From an uncultured Verrucomicrobiae bacterium (lineage in GTDB: Bacteria; Verrucomicrobiota; Verrucomicrobiia; Chthoniobacterales; JAFAMB01), in contig CAWIPH010000002.1 of assembly GCA_963837955.1 (NCBI GenBank), forward strand, positions 480,001 to 544,000: DNA of 64,000 bases, read 5' to 3'. The position numbers and the translations under genes were made by a program. Shown piece by piece: positions 19,254 to 29,220 of this stretch. The notes below the pieces were generated by a model. That model worked only from the letters and a program-made list of their open reading frames with translations, had not been told where the DNA came from and did no database searches. The number at the start of each line of letters is the position of its first letter. Position 1 is the stretch's first letter.

Positions 19254-19943
19254 ATGAGTCCTTCATTTTCTCTCTTCGATTTTGGCTGCTGGCTTGTGGT
19301 TTTTCTGTTCTCGTTAAGTGCACACGAAGCCGCTCATGCGTTCGCGGCTAAACGCCTCGGCGATGTCACCGCGTATCTCGGTGGACAAGCCACGCTCAAT
19401 CCCGTGCCCCATATCAGAAGGGAGCCGTTTGGTATGCTGATCGTTCCGATTGCGTCGTATCTCTCTTCCGGATGGATGATTGGATGGGCCAGCGCGCCGT
19501 ATAATTCTGCCTGGGCGGAACAGTATCCTAAGCGCGCAGCACTCATGGCCCTGGCGGGTCCGTCGGCCAATTTTGGCATCGCTTTGGTCAGCTGGTGCGG
19601 CTTGAAATTAGGTTTACTCGCCGGCATCTTTGTTCCAGGAGAAGGATGGCGTTTCACCGACACGGTCGTGGCGACCGAACCGGGAATCTGGACTGTGGTC
19701 GCGGTACTGCTGAGCGTTGGTTTCTTCCTCAATACGCTGCTCGGCGTTTTTAATCTGCTTCCGTTGCCTCCACTCGATGGTAGCGCTTTGCCGCTCTTTT
19801 TTCTGCACGACGAAATGGCTCGCGTTTATCAACGCTTCAGTCGAAGCGCGCTACCGGCACTCTTGGGTCTCGTCGTTGCCTGGCAATTCTTCCCACGGAT
19901 ATATCGGCCGGTCTACGCGTGGCTGGAGTCGACGTTGCGCTGA
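19254..19943 (+). CDS. Site-2 protease family (M50) membrane metalloprotease
   Basis: HEAAH, TLNPVPH, ALAGPSAN, FNLLPLPPLDG. Confidence 0.93.
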   Translation: MSPSFSLFDFGCWLVVFLFSLSAHEAAHAFAAKRLGDVTAYLGGQATLNPVPHIRREPFGMLIVPIASYLSSGWMIGWASAPYNSAWAEQYPKRAALMALAGPSANFGIALVSWCGLKLGLLAGIFVPGEGWRFTDTVVATEPGIWTVVAVLLSVGFFLNTLLGVFNLLPLPPLDGSALPLFFLHDEMARVYQRFSRSALPALLGLVVAWQFFPRIYRPVYAWLESTLR

Positions 19944-20129
19944 CCCTCTGCTACGCGCTGGTGACATAGACAAAAATCCGTAGATGCGCCTTCGTGGACC
20001 TGGGCGAAAAGGGTTGCGATAGTGACTGGATCGGGAGGTGTCCGGCCACGCGCTCGAGTTTGGAAACCTATCGACCAAAAACCAATAACAGCTAGATCCG
20101 CCCTTCAGGTTCTGCTAACGCTAACCCTA

Positions 20130-20468
20130 CTACCCTGGCGGCCATGCCATCGGTCTTCCTCCCAGCACATGAACGTGCAAATGAGGGACGCTTTCGCCGG
20201 CGTTTTTTCCGTTATTGATCACGATCCGGAAACCGCTTTCGCTCAAACCAAATTTATTAGCCAAGTCTCGAGAGACCAACAGCAATTTTCCTAGCAACGC
20301 TTGGTCACCGGGCGCGGCCTGGGCGATGCGCGGAATTACCCTTCTGGGGACCACCAGCAGATGAACAGGTGCTTGCGGATTATTGTCGTGGAAAGCCACG
20401 ATTTCGTCGTCCTCGAACACCAGCTTTGCCGGGATTTCGCGGGCGATAATCTTTTCAAAGATCGTCAT
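20130..20468 (-). CDS. hinT: Histidine triad (HIT) nucleotide-binding protein
   Basis: TIFEKII, PQAPVHLLVVP, HLHVHVLGGR, WPPG. Confidence 0.93.
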   Translation of the reverse strand: MTIFEKIIAREIPAKLVFEDDEIVAFHDNNPQAPVHLLVVPRRVIPRIAQAAPGDQALLGKLLLVSRDLANKFGLSESGFRIVINNGKNAGESVPHLHVHVLGGRPMAWPPG

Positions 20469-21025
20469 CGGATCGTTAATAGCACCTGCGGAGGCGCCTG
20501 GCCACGCTCCATCTGAGCTCGTATATATTCGACGATCTCGCTCCGCAATTGCGAGCAGCTACGACTCCAGGTCTTGGTTGATTGCAGATATCGGACGCAT
20601 GGTTGTAAGCCATGCACGTTGATACTGGAGGCTCCTTCGCCAAATGCAGGTTGGATTCTTTCTTTTAAAAGATGAAAGAACGCCAACTCGTAACCAGGTC
20701 CAGCTTCATTTGCCAACTCGTAAAGTGAAATTTCATACGGAGGGTTCAATGTTTGATAATGGGTCGCGATCTCTCCATAACCGATCGCCTGGAGAACCGA
20801 CCGCATGATCTCGTCGATTTGCTGGCGGGCAATGATGGGGGCCTCGTATTGCGTCGACAAAAAGCAGAGTGCGCTTTCGGCCACATGATCCGCTAGCCAC
20901 CACTTAGTGTAGCCCGCTCGATCGGCCGCTCTTCGGAGGCAAATCGTTAACCAATCCGGGCGGATTGCTTGGACGCTGGAATCCTCCAGGCGAAGCATCG
21001 GCAAGAAGTTGGTCAGCGCAATCAC
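20465..21025 (-). CDS. Hypothetical protein with a possible degenerate ATP-cone-like N-terminal half
   Basis: 186 aa, ATGA-coupled to both nrdR and the HIT gene; IARQQIDEIMRSVLQAIGYGEIATHY resembles the last ATP-cone helices. Confidence 0.7.
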   Translation of the reverse strand: MIALTNFLPMLRLEDSSVQAIRPDWLTICLRRAADRAGYTKWWLADHVAESALCFLSTQYEAPIIARQQIDEIMRSVLQAIGYGEIATHYQTLNPPYEISLYELANEAGPGYELAFFHLLKERIQPAFGEGASSINVHGLQPCVRYLQSTKTWSRSCSQLRSEIVEYIRAQMERGQAPPQVLLTIR

Positions 21026-21513
21026 GGTATGAATAACTCTGCTTGCTGTGCGTTTTTCTTGGCCTTTTTGCTTAGCGACTCGATCTCGCTGATGAACTCT
21101 CCAATATCCTGAAACTGTCGGTAAATCGATGCGTACCGGATATAGGCAACCTCATCCAGCGAGTGCAGCCGTTCCATGGCCCTGACTCCGATCTCGCGAG
21201 ACGGCACTTCGTGATCAAAGGCTTGTTCTAACTCCTGAATGATCTCCTCAGCTACTCGCTCCAACGCGTCGTAACTCACCGGGCGTTTCTCGCAGGCCTT
21301 TATCATTCCTCCCAAAAGTTTCTGGCGATCAAACGGCTCAGGCCGGCCATCCCGCTTTATAACTCGCAGGTCACGCCGCTCGATTTCTTCGTAAGTCGTA
21401 AATCGATATTGGCATTTCAGACACTCTCGTCGTCGTCGAATAGCAGCTCCTCCTTTCGCCGAGCGAGAATCGATCACCTTATCTTCCAAATTACCGCATT
21501 TCGGACAACGCAT
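21022..21513 (-). CDS. nrdR: Transcriptional repressor NrdR
   Basis: MRCPKC, KVIDSR, IRRRRECLKC..RFTTYE, ATP cone VIKRDG, DEVAYIRYAS. Confidence 0.97.
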   Translation of the reverse strand: MRCPKCGNLEDKVIDSRSAKGGAAIRRRRECLKCQYRFTTYEEIERRDLRVIKRDGRPEPFDRQKLLGGMIKACEKRPVSYDALERVAEEIIQELEQAFDHEVPSREIGVRAMERLHSLDEVAYIRYASIYRQFQDIGEFISEIESLSKKAKKNAQQAELFIP

Positions 21514-21534
21514 CCAAAGTGGGATCAGTTAGCA

Positions 21535-21550
21535 CCACAAGATATTGTGG
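21535..21550. promoter_or_regulatory. NrdR box upstream of nrdR
   Basis: CCACAAGATATTGTGG palindrome matching the consensus acaCwAtATaTwGtg, 21 bp upstream of the nrdR start. Confidence 0.75.
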
Positions 21551-21666
21551 TTTGTCCAGGGAAAAGTACAATGAAAAGTTTCGAATGTGCGAAACGCTCC
21601 TTCAAGGTGTGTGCCTTGAATCGAGTTTCAGTGCAGAAGCACGGGACACTGCGTACTAACGGCAGT

Positions 21667-23142
21667 TCAATGAGCTTGGTCGCGAGCTCGGTTTTCGAAA
21701 CGCGTAAACTCTTTCAGGAAAGTGAGCGCAACATCGCCGGTCGGACCGTTGCGTTGCTTGGCAATGATTAATTCTGCTTCGCCTGCCTTTTCCTGTTTCG
21801 CATCTTCATCGGTCTCGTAATATTCCGAGCGAACAAGCAGACCGACTAAATCTGCATCCTGTTCGATCGACCCGGACTCACGAAGGTCGCTTAGTCGAGG
21901 GCGGCCTCCCTCTTTTGCTCGAGTGTCGGGCTGCCGGTTGAGCTGAGCGATTACGATGATCGGAATTTTCAACTCCTTAGCGAGTGATTTGATGCCGGCA
22001 GATATTTCTGAGATCTCGATCTGCCGATTGTCTTGCGCCCGCCGGCTAGTTGAACGGAGCAGTTGCAAATAATCGATGACCAGAAGCTGTATCTGGTGGG
22101 TCGCGGCGAGGCGACGGGCTTTTGCCCGGAGTTCTGCAATGGTCAAACCAGGAGTGTCATCAATGAAAAGCTTGGCTGTCGCTAGTCGAGAAGCTGCGGT
22201 GGTAAGATTAGGAAAGTCACGCTCGGATAGAAAACCGTTGCGCACGCGCTGCAGATTCACTTTAGCCCGAGAACAAAGCAATCTTTGCACGAGTTGCTGG
22301 CTGCTCATTTCCAGGCTGAAGACGGCGACCGGTTTACCCGCGTCGATCGCTACGTGTTCTGCAATGTTCATGGCCAAGGCGGTCTTGCCCATACTGGGAC
22401 GCGCCGCGATGACCACCATTTCGGCTGGATGCAGCCCGCTGGTCATGCGATCGAATTCGGTAAAACCGGTTGGCAATCCTGTGACCGAACCCCGATTCTC
22501 GTAAATCTTCTCGATTTGTTCGATCGCTTCCATCACGAGATCCTTCGTGGGGACAACGTCGATCTTTACGTGATCGCCGGTGATCTCAAAAATTTGGCGC
22601 TCGGCGTCATCCAGCAGTGGCTCGACGTTCTCTTGGTCATCGTAGCAGCGGGTGGAAAGCGCGTTGCAGGCCAATATCAATCGGCGCAACAAATACTTCT
22701 CCCGAACAATATCGACGTAATAGCTCGCGTTCGCCGCTGTCGGCACGAACGTGTAGAGTTCATTGAGAAACTCAGGTCCGCCGATTTCCTCAAGGAAACC
22801 GCGATCCTTCAAAGTTTGCTTGAGCGAAATGAAATCAATCGGTTTGCTCTTATCGCTGAATTCGATGACGAGCTCATAGACGATCTTATGAGCGGGAGCG
22901 TAAAAAGCATTCGGATGCAGGCGCAGAATGCAGAGATCGCCAACCTCTCTTGGTGAAAGCACCAGCGAGCAGAGGACCCCTTTTTCCGCATCTTCGCTGT
23001 ACGGAAGCGATCTCGGGACTTCTTTGCCCGGCGCGGTGTGAAGAACTTGTGAATAACCGCGTTTGTCTTCCGATTGGTACCTCCCTTGATTGCTCAAGGG
23101 GCTCTCAGCAGGTTTGACAAAACCTTGAGAACCTTTGGCCAT
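21667..23142 (-). CDS. dnaB: Replicative DNA helicase
   Basis: AARPSMGKT, FSLEMS, IDYLQL, QLNR, SDLRESGSIEQDAD, KQRNGPTG; no intein. Confidence 0.97.
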   Translation of the reverse strand: MAKGSQGFVKPAESPLSNQGRYQSEDKRGYSQVLHTAPGKEVPRSLPYSEDAEKGVLCSLVLSPREVGDLCILRLHPNAFYAPAHKIVYELVIEFSDKSKPIDFISLKQTLKDRGFLEEIGGPEFLNELYTFVPTAANASYYVDIVREKYLLRRLILACNALSTRCYDDQENVEPLLDDAERQIFEITGDHVKIDVVPTKDLVMEAIEQIEKIYENRGSVTGLPTGFTEFDRMTSGLHPAEMVVIAARPSMGKTALAMNIAEHVAIDAGKPVAVFSLEMSSQQLVQRLLCSRAKVNLQRVRNGFLSERDFPNLTTAASRLATAKLFIDDTPGLTIAELRAKARRLAATHQIQLLVIDYLQLLRSTSRRAQDNRQIEISEISAGIKSLAKELKIPIIVIAQLNRQPDTRAKEGGRPRLSDLRESGSIEQDADLVGLLVRSEYYETDEDAKQEKAGEAELIIAKQRNGPTGDVALTFLKEFTRFENRARDQAH

Positions 23143-23148
23143 TCGGAA

Positions 23149-23679
23149 CTACCCGGCAGACTTTGTTTTTCGCCTCGGCCGCGACTTAGCGTCTGCTGCC
23201 TCTTCCACCTTGGCGGAACCGGTGGTGTGCACTTTGATGTCTAGCTTAAGAGCGGTAGTTACCGTTGCGTGCAACCGGATGGGGACCTCTAGCTCGCCCG
23301 ATTCCTTGATTGGGCGGTCCAGCTGAATCCGATGGCGGTCAAGATCGATATTTGCCTCCGAGCGGAGCTTATCTTCTATATCTTTGGCGGTAACAGAGCC
23401 AAATGCTTTTCCGGTTTCACCCGTTTCCAGCACGAACTCCAGCTTCAGCTTGCTAATCTTGCGAGCCAGGTCTTCCGCTTCGTTCAGTTCTGTTGCTTCT
23501 CTTTCAGCGCGCTTGGCCTTGAGCAGGTTCAGCCGCTTAAGATTGGAGGGTGTTACCTCGTAGGCCTTGTCCGTCGGAATCAAGAAATTACGAGCATATC
23601 CGGGGCGGACACTAACGATGTCAGCTTCCGCGCCCAACCCAGGTACGTTTTCTTTTAGAATGATTTGAGTGGCAGCCAT
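23149..23679 (-). CDS. rplI: 50S ribosomal protein L9
   Basis: IILKENVPGLG..VRPGYARNFLIP, GKAFGSVT. Confidence 0.96.
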   Translation of the reverse strand: MAATQIILKENVPGLGAEADIVSVRPGYARNFLIPTDKAYEVTPSNLKRLNLLKAKRAEREATELNEAEDLARKISKLKLEFVLETGETGKAFGSVTAKDIEDKLRSEANIDLDRHRIQLDRPIKESGELEVPIRLHATVTTALKLDIKVHTTGSAKVEEAADAKSRPRRKTKSAG

Positions 23680-23764
23680 GATCTTCTTCGGAAAGGCAGG
23701 GGGAGACTCGTACTTGAGAATAAACCAGCTGTCAAGCTTGGGGCATGGGATACCCGGACGTGCG

Positions 23765-23797
23765 AAAAAAAGGCCGCCTCCCCTACGGGAGGCGGCC
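23765..23797 (-). terminator. Rho-independent terminator after the sigma factor gene
   Basis: GGCCGCCTCCC/GGGAGGCGGCC hairpin with a T7 tail on the minus strand. Confidence 0.85.
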
Positions 23798-23814
23798 CAA
23801 AAAAAGATACTGAA

Positions 23815-24675
23815 TTAGCTATACTCCAGGACCTCTTGAGGAATATCGATCGGTTTTTCCTTCTTGCTCAGAGCCCGACGTAACTTCGCCAGGGCAATAT
23901 TCTGGAGCTGACGGATCCGCTCACGAGTGACGCCGAATTTTTTGCCCACTTCTTCGAGTGTTTTCGGTTTGCCGCCATCGAGTCCGAACCGCTGGAAAAT
24001 AATCTTGCGTTCGCGATCGTCCAACACCTCGAGGAGTTCGCTGACCTCATCGCGCAAGTTCTTGTCCCGGAGCAACTCGAACGGCGTTTGAGCGTCTTCA
24101 TCACCGACAATCTCGCCAAATTCGGTCGAGTCATCATCGCTGATCGGCGCGTCCAACGAAGCCGGACGAATCGACACGGTCTTCAATTGAGACACTTTGC
24201 CGCTCGAGATACCAATCTCTTCGGCCAATTCGTCGTCGGTCGGTTCCCGGCCGAGTTCCTCGCTCATTTGCAAAGAAACGCGCCGCATCTTGGAGATCTT
24301 GTCCACCAAGTGAACCGGCAGGCGGATCGTCTTGCTCTGGTTAGCCAAAGCTCGCTTGATCGACTGTTTGATCCACCAAGCGGCGTAGGTACTGAGCTTT
24401 CCGCCCTTTGCCGGATCGAATCGCTCGACCGCCTTCATCAACCCAATGTTGCCTTCCGATACCAAGTCTAACAAAGGCAAACCCAAATTCGCGTAATCGT
24501 GAGCAATTTTAACGACCAAACGGAGATTGGCCTTAATCATAAGCGCTCGCGCTTCTCGGTCGCCCTTTTTGATGCGCGCGGCCAAATCAATCTCCTCTTG
24601 CGGGGTAAGCAGCGGGATCTGCCCGATCTCCCGAAGGTAAATCTTAATGCCCGTATCTGAATCTTCACCAGCCAT
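23815..24675 (-). CDS. RNA polymerase sigma-70 factor, RpoD/SigA family, short form lacking region 1.1
   Basis: IYLREIG, ANLRLVVKIA, EGNIGLMKAVERFD, STYAAWWIKQ, TLEEVG..FGVTRERIRQ. Confidence 0.93.
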   Translation of the reverse strand: MAGEDSDTGIKIYLREIGQIPLLTPQEEIDLAARIKKGDREARALMIKANLRLVVKIAHDYANLGLPLLDLVSEGNIGLMKAVERFDPAKGGKLSTYAAWWIKQSIKRALANQSKTIRLPVHLVDKISKMRRVSLQMSEELGREPTDDELAEEIGISSGKVSQLKTVSIRPASLDAPISDDDSTEFGEIVGDEDAQTPFELLRDKNLRDEVSELLEVLDDRERKIIFQRFGLDGGKPKTLEEVGKKFGVTRERIRQLQNIALAKLRRALSKKEKPIDIPQEVLEYS

Positions 24676-25543
24676 ACATGCAGTTTCTAATTAATCGTCC
24701 TAATAGCCCTTTATTCTCACCACCACAGAGAGAACAAAATGTTAACCACCTTAAATAACCTGACTTTTGACAGCCACACCCTCCCTAGTGTTCAAGGAAT
24801 TTAATGCTTACTGTCATTTTTCGTATTTTAATCCGCACAACAAGCTATCCGCGTTGCAGTTGGATCAGTTTTCGATAGAATCCATTCTTTACTGAATCTC
24901 TACCTTTCCCTATTCTTCCAAGCTTATACGCTTCCGTGGGCGATCCGAGAACGCTCAGTGCCGGGAAGCGGCCGCGCTCGGGGGATGCGCAGAAGCGAAC
25001 AAGAAGTAAAACACTTAAGCCCTAAAACGTCAAACCGTTTTTTTGGCAAAACTAGTGAACTTTTCCCTCCCTCGGCAAGAGCCAAACCGGTTCGGCCTAA
25101 ATTCAATTCTTCTTCAGCGATTTCCCTCCAAATCCTCGAACCGGGAGCAACCGGGCCGATGAGCAGATTGTAGCTCTCACGCTGAGAAGATAGGGCAAGG
25201 TCAAAGTTCATGGGTTTTAGAAAGCAGGGTGCGCCGTTAACAAAACTTCATAACAGTCTTCCTGAAGCCGAGACCAAAGTGACATGAATTCTATGCGATG
25301 CATTGACGGTCCCGCGCAAATCCCGGCCCTTATCCATTTTCATGCCGTTTCTTTTTCTAGGTCTACGACGGACGCGATTTGCGCTTTTTCCGCATTGCTC
25401 CTGCGGCCGACGCTGCTATCAATCCACAGGGTGCAGTAGGCAATCTGCCAAATTTTGCCTCCCTGAGAATTAAACTAGCAAACCCAACACAAACAATGCA
25501 CAGTTAAACAACAACTGTTGCTTAAACAGCTACTGTCTATTAT

Positions 25544-26125
25544 TTGTCCATCCTTATGACTGCACGTTCCATTCTATTTTGCACTCTGCTCGCTCTAACA
25601 GGCCTGAGCTCGGCCAAAGCCGATAACTACAAAATCGATCCCGTTCACTCTGCCATCATCTTCAAGGTGGGACATTTCGGAGTTGGACACGTTTACGGCC
25701 GTTTTGACACGTTCTCGGGTGATTTCGTGTATGACCCCAGCGATTCGAGCAAAGACTCGTTGAAAGTTGAGATCATTACCGACAGCGTCGACACCAATTT
25801 TCCGGATCGCGACAAGCACATCAAGAGTCCCGACTTCTTGAACAGCAAACAATTCCCAACCGCAACGTTCAAGAGCACGGCTGTAAAGAAAGTCGATGAC
25901 AAGACCTACGCGGTCACGGGCGATTTCACCCTGCGCGGTATCACTAAACCGGTCACGCTCGCAGTACAGATAATTGGAACTGGAGCAGGGCCAAAAGGGG
26001 AAACGCGATTGGGCACAGAATCAACAGTGACACTTAAACGGAGTGACTTCGACGTGAAGGCCTTTCTGCCCGCCGTCACTGACGAAGTGGAGCTAATAAT
26101 CGCGGCAGAAGGCGTCAAACAATAG
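25544..26125 (+). CDS. YceI family periplasmic protein
   Basis: Signal peptide; IDPVHS, GRF, RDKHIKSPDF, FPTATFKS, GDFTLRGITKPV. Confidence 0.92.
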   Translation: MSILMTARSILFCTLLALTGLSSAKADNYKIDPVHSAIIFKVGHFGVGHVYGRFDTFSGDFVYDPSDSSKDSLKVEIITDSVDTNFPDRDKHIKSPDFLNSKQFPTATFKSTAVKKVDDKTYAVTGDFTLRGITKPVTLAVQIIGTGAGPKGETRLGTESTVTLKRSDFDVKAFLPAVTDEVELIIAAEGVKQ

Positions 26126-26147
26126 GGCGAGGGGCAAGCAGGCGTCG

Positions 26148-27011
26148 ATGGGCTCGTTGATCGGCCAGGGAATCGTCGGAGTGGCTCTGCCTGCACTCTT
26201 GGCGCTAATTCTCAACGGTCTCGTTCTGAAGGTCTCGGTTTTTGGCGAAAACCGCAAATGGTCGCTAATCGGGCTCATCATCGTTTGCTGCTTCGTTTTC
26301 AGCTATGGCGTCGTGTCTGGGGGTTTGGCCTTCCCTCCTCGCGAGGCGATCCACTGGCTTCCATATACCGCGGTCGGTGCGTTGCTTTGTGGCATTGTGC
26401 TGCAAGCCACAAGCGGCGTGGTCCAAAACGTCGTCCGCCTGGTCGCGGTTTTCGCCGGTGCTTTTACTATTCTTGAGTCGCAAATCTTCGGCCGCTGGTC
26501 CCCTCTCTTTTCCGTCGCCTGGCTGGCCGCCGTTACGCTTATTCTTTTCGCAACTTCGCGGCTCATCGAGCGCGCCGGCGCCTCGCGCAGCACGCCGACT
26601 GAGATGATCTTGGGAATAGCTCTCACCGTCTGCTTTGGCGGTATTGCTCTCTTCCTGAGTGGTTCCGCCGTCCTGGGCCACATCTCCGGAGCATTTGGTC
26701 TGGTCTTGGCCGGTCTAGCAGCTCTGACTATCCTCATGCCGCCAACGCGCTTAGGGCCGATCCTCCCTCTTATTTATGTGCTGGTGTTTGGAAATTTGCT
26801 GCTCAGCGGCTCGCTTTTCTCCGATTTGCCTTGGATATCGTCCGGGCTGCTCTGGATAGCCCCCTTCGGTGCCTTAATCGGCGGACCAACGCCCTCCGGT
26901 GCCAAAAATCGGATCGTACGACTACTTGTACGTGGACTGATCGTCCTTTTCGTAATTGGGCTGGCATTCGTTGCGCTCTTTTTAATCGCGCCGCCCGGAA
27001 ACGAATATTAA
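26148..27011 (+). CDS. Hypothetical polytopic membrane protein
   Basis: 287 aa with about 9-10 hydrophobic segments, co-oriented with yceI. Confidence 0.75.
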   Translation: MGSLIGQGIVGVALPALLALILNGLVLKVSVFGENRKWSLIGLIIVCCFVFSYGVVSGGLAFPPREAIHWLPYTAVGALLCGIVLQATSGVVQNVVRLVAVFAGAFTILESQIFGRWSPLFSVAWLAAVTLILFATSRLIERAGASRSTPTEMILGIALTVCFGGIALFLSGSAVLGHISGAFGLVLAGLAALTILMPPTRLGPILPLIYVLVFGNLLLSGSLFSDLPWISSGLLWIAPFGALIGGPTPSGAKNRIVRLLVRGLIVLFVIGLAFVALFLIAPPGNEY

Positions 27012-27033
27012 TGCACCGTTCAGCTGAAGATGG

Positions 27034-27452
27034 CTTCTAAATTCTAGATTCGGCGTTCTCACGCCGGCTTGTCCGCCATAGCTCGTCCCCTCAAAGCCAA
27101 TATGCGAACAAGTTTGGCGGCGGCGGAAGGCGTAAGAGGACTCAGCCCAGGGTGGAGGCTTTGCGTAACCCTGGGGTGGATCCCAAAAAGCCCGATCGCT
27201 CTGAAGGAGCGCTGGAAATCGTTCGGCGACAAAGAATGCAACCGCGGAAAAAAAGACCGAACAGGAGTAAGCAAAGAAGATTCTTGAACAGAAGGTAGCA
27301 AAGGAAGCAAAGGCCTTCCACGTGAGGGTTCGGCCGAGCTCACGACTTCGGTTGCCGCATGTGATACCGAAAAGCCGAATGAACAACCCCGACGTGTCCC
27401 GGTCTGATTTGCTATCGGCTATTTGCTATTTGCTATTTGCTATTTGCTATCT
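27034..27452. repeat. Composite dispersed repeat, copy A
   Basis: Shares CTTCTAAATTCTAG..CACGCCG, AAGGCGTAAGAGGACTCAGCCCAGGGTGGAGGCTTTGCGTAACCCTGGG, CGCTCTGAAGGAGCG and an A-rich module with copies near 46941, 50861 and 54891; ends in TGCTATT heptamers. Confidence 0.85.
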
Positions 27453-27579
27453 GTCCCCCCGACCCATAGCAGATTTTGGCTATCGGGTCACCTCCGCCGT
27501 GTATTCCGGCTCACGATAGCCGGATGCAGCGCGGCCAATCCCGCTCGATGACCGCGCGAAAAACGCTATGGGAGAGTAG

Positions 27580-27822
27580 TTAGAAGCGCTGGAGGATGAA
27601 TAAAACTATGATCGATCCGATAATCGATAGGATCAGCCCGGCTGGGTGGAACGGAGAGCCGTCTGAAGGTCTGGAAAAGATCCGAGCAATCAAACCGCCG
27701 ACGATCGACCCAACTATCCCGACAAGAATCGTTGGTATCAGTCCCAAATGGACGTGCATGATCATTTTGCCGATGATTCCCGAGATAAGCCCAATAATGA
27801 TGTACCAGAAAATGTGTAGCAT
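27580..27822 (-). CDS. GlsB/YeaQ/YmgE family stress-response membrane protein
   Basis: IIIGLISGIIGK..., ILVGIVGSIVGGLI, SIIGSII. Confidence 0.88.
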   Translation of the reverse strand: MLHIFWYIIIGLISGIIGKMIMHVHLGLIPTILVGIVGSIVGGLIARIFSRPSDGSPFHPAGLILSIIGSIIVLFILQRF

Positions 27823-27943
27823 AATTGAAAATACGATTGAATGGGGTTGCCCCAGATTTGCAAAGCCTAATCTGAAGCGGGGTTAACGGTCTTTCACTTT
27901 GACGCGCGCGAAGCATACCGGCCAAGCGGCGCATATGGGTAGG

Positions 27944-28201
27944 TTAGATCAAATGTAACAGGATCTTGGCAATACCCAAAACTACGATTGCTCCGATGAT
28001 CGACATGAACAACCCGGCCGGGTGGAACGGACGCCCGTCCGCAGGTTTGGACCAGATGCGAGCAATCAAACCGCCGACGATCGATCCAACTATTCCAAGA
28101 AGAAGCGTTTCCCACCACTTCACATCAGGAACATGCATAATCCATTTCGCGATCCATCCGGAGATAAATCCGATGATGAGGTACCAGATGATATTTAACA
28201 T
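27944..28201 (-). CDS. GlsB/YeaQ/YmgE family membrane protein (tandem paralog)
   Basis: Same motifs as its neighbour; shares GIVGSIVGGLIARI and PFHPAGL. Confidence 0.88.
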   Translation of the reverse strand: MLNIIWYLIIGFISGWIAKWIMHVPDVKWWETLLLGIVGSIVGGLIARIWSKPADGRPFHPAGLFMSIIGAIVVLGIAKILLHLI

Positions 28202-28409
28202 AGCTGAAGATAAGTTTTTGAGCAGGTTAGGGGGCCCAGGTCGCCTTTGGGTGACGGTCCTGGGGAGGTATTCTTCGTCAATATGTTGTTAAGGTAGACG
28301 TCCTTGCAGAAACGACGCAGCCACTCAATCATGAAGATGTGCTCCTGCACAAGCCCGTTAGTTGGCCGGAAAAGGAAAATTTCTCCTCCGATCCGCGCCG
28401 GTGAGGCGA

Positions 28410-29075
28410 CTAGCTGAGCACAAAAGTACAGAGAAACAGCCCTGAGGCTTTTTCCTCGTGCCTTTCGACGTGGGTTTGCAGAAGCTTCTCAAACATTTCC
28501 TTTTCCAGTCGTCGCACCAGCGGAAATGCTTCGATCAGATCCATGATGGCAGAGTGATACTCGAGAATTAAAAGTTGCGGACCCTCTACGAACTCCGAAA
28601 GACATCCCTCTTCGTCCCGGATTTTTGCCAAGCGGGCGGCCCGGGTCTTCAAGTCCCCTTCCTTGAGCCGTTCCGCGTACCCTTTCGTTTTTTCCCGGAA
28701 AAGGGCGACCAGCAATTTTTCGGGCGCATTCGGGCCATAGAGTTGACGCGCCGCCTGCAAAATTTTAATCGTCGCCGGATTGGCAGCGCTTGGAAAAAAC
28801 GATGAAGCCTTTGGGGTCAAGCGATAGACAATTTCCGGGCGTCCAATCGGTTTGGGACGCCGTTTGGTATCGAGAAAGCCTTGCCGCTCGAGTTCTTCGC
28901 AGTGTTGCTTCACGCCCATGTAGCTCAGGTCTAACCGGCTAGCCAGCTCCCCGATCGCTAGGCCCTGAGTCTTCTTCAGTATGTGGACAATGCGGAGTCG
29001 CTGGGACCTGCCAAGTTCGCTAAATCGTCGGGTTGGTTTCCGCGATCTTCGCTTTCTAGTTTCCTGACTCATCAA
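28410..29075 (-). CDS. Winged-helix (ArsR/SufR-like) transcriptional regulator
   Basis: ELASRLDLSYMGVKQHCEELERQG, GRPEIVYRLT. Confidence 0.85.
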   Translation of the reverse strand: MMSQETRKRRSRKPTRRFSELGRSQRLRIVHILKKTQGLAIGELASRLDLSYMGVKQHCEELERQGFLDTKRRPKPIGRPEIVYRLTPKASSFFPSAANPATIKILQAARQLYGPNAPEKLLVALFREKTKGYAERLKEGDLKTRAARLAKIRDEEGCLSEFVEGPQLLILEYHSAIMDLIEAFPLVRRLEKEMFEKLLQTHVERHEEKASGLFLCTFVLS

Positions 29076-29160
29076 TTCGGACTAGCGGATCCGAACGTAC
29101 TGGCCATTCGATCGCTATAGTCAACAGCGGGTTTTCTGCGATAGAGAAAGTCTCAAATAA

Positions 29161-29194
29161 GGGCGGCCGAAACCATTCCTGGCTTCGGCCGCCC
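29161..29194 (-). terminator. Terminator hairpin after degP
   Basis: GGGCGGCCGAA/TTCGGCCGCCC 11-bp stem followed by TTATTT on the minus strand. Confidence 0.65.
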
Positions 29195-29220
29195 GTGTAA
29201 GGAGAGATAGGGGGAACTGG

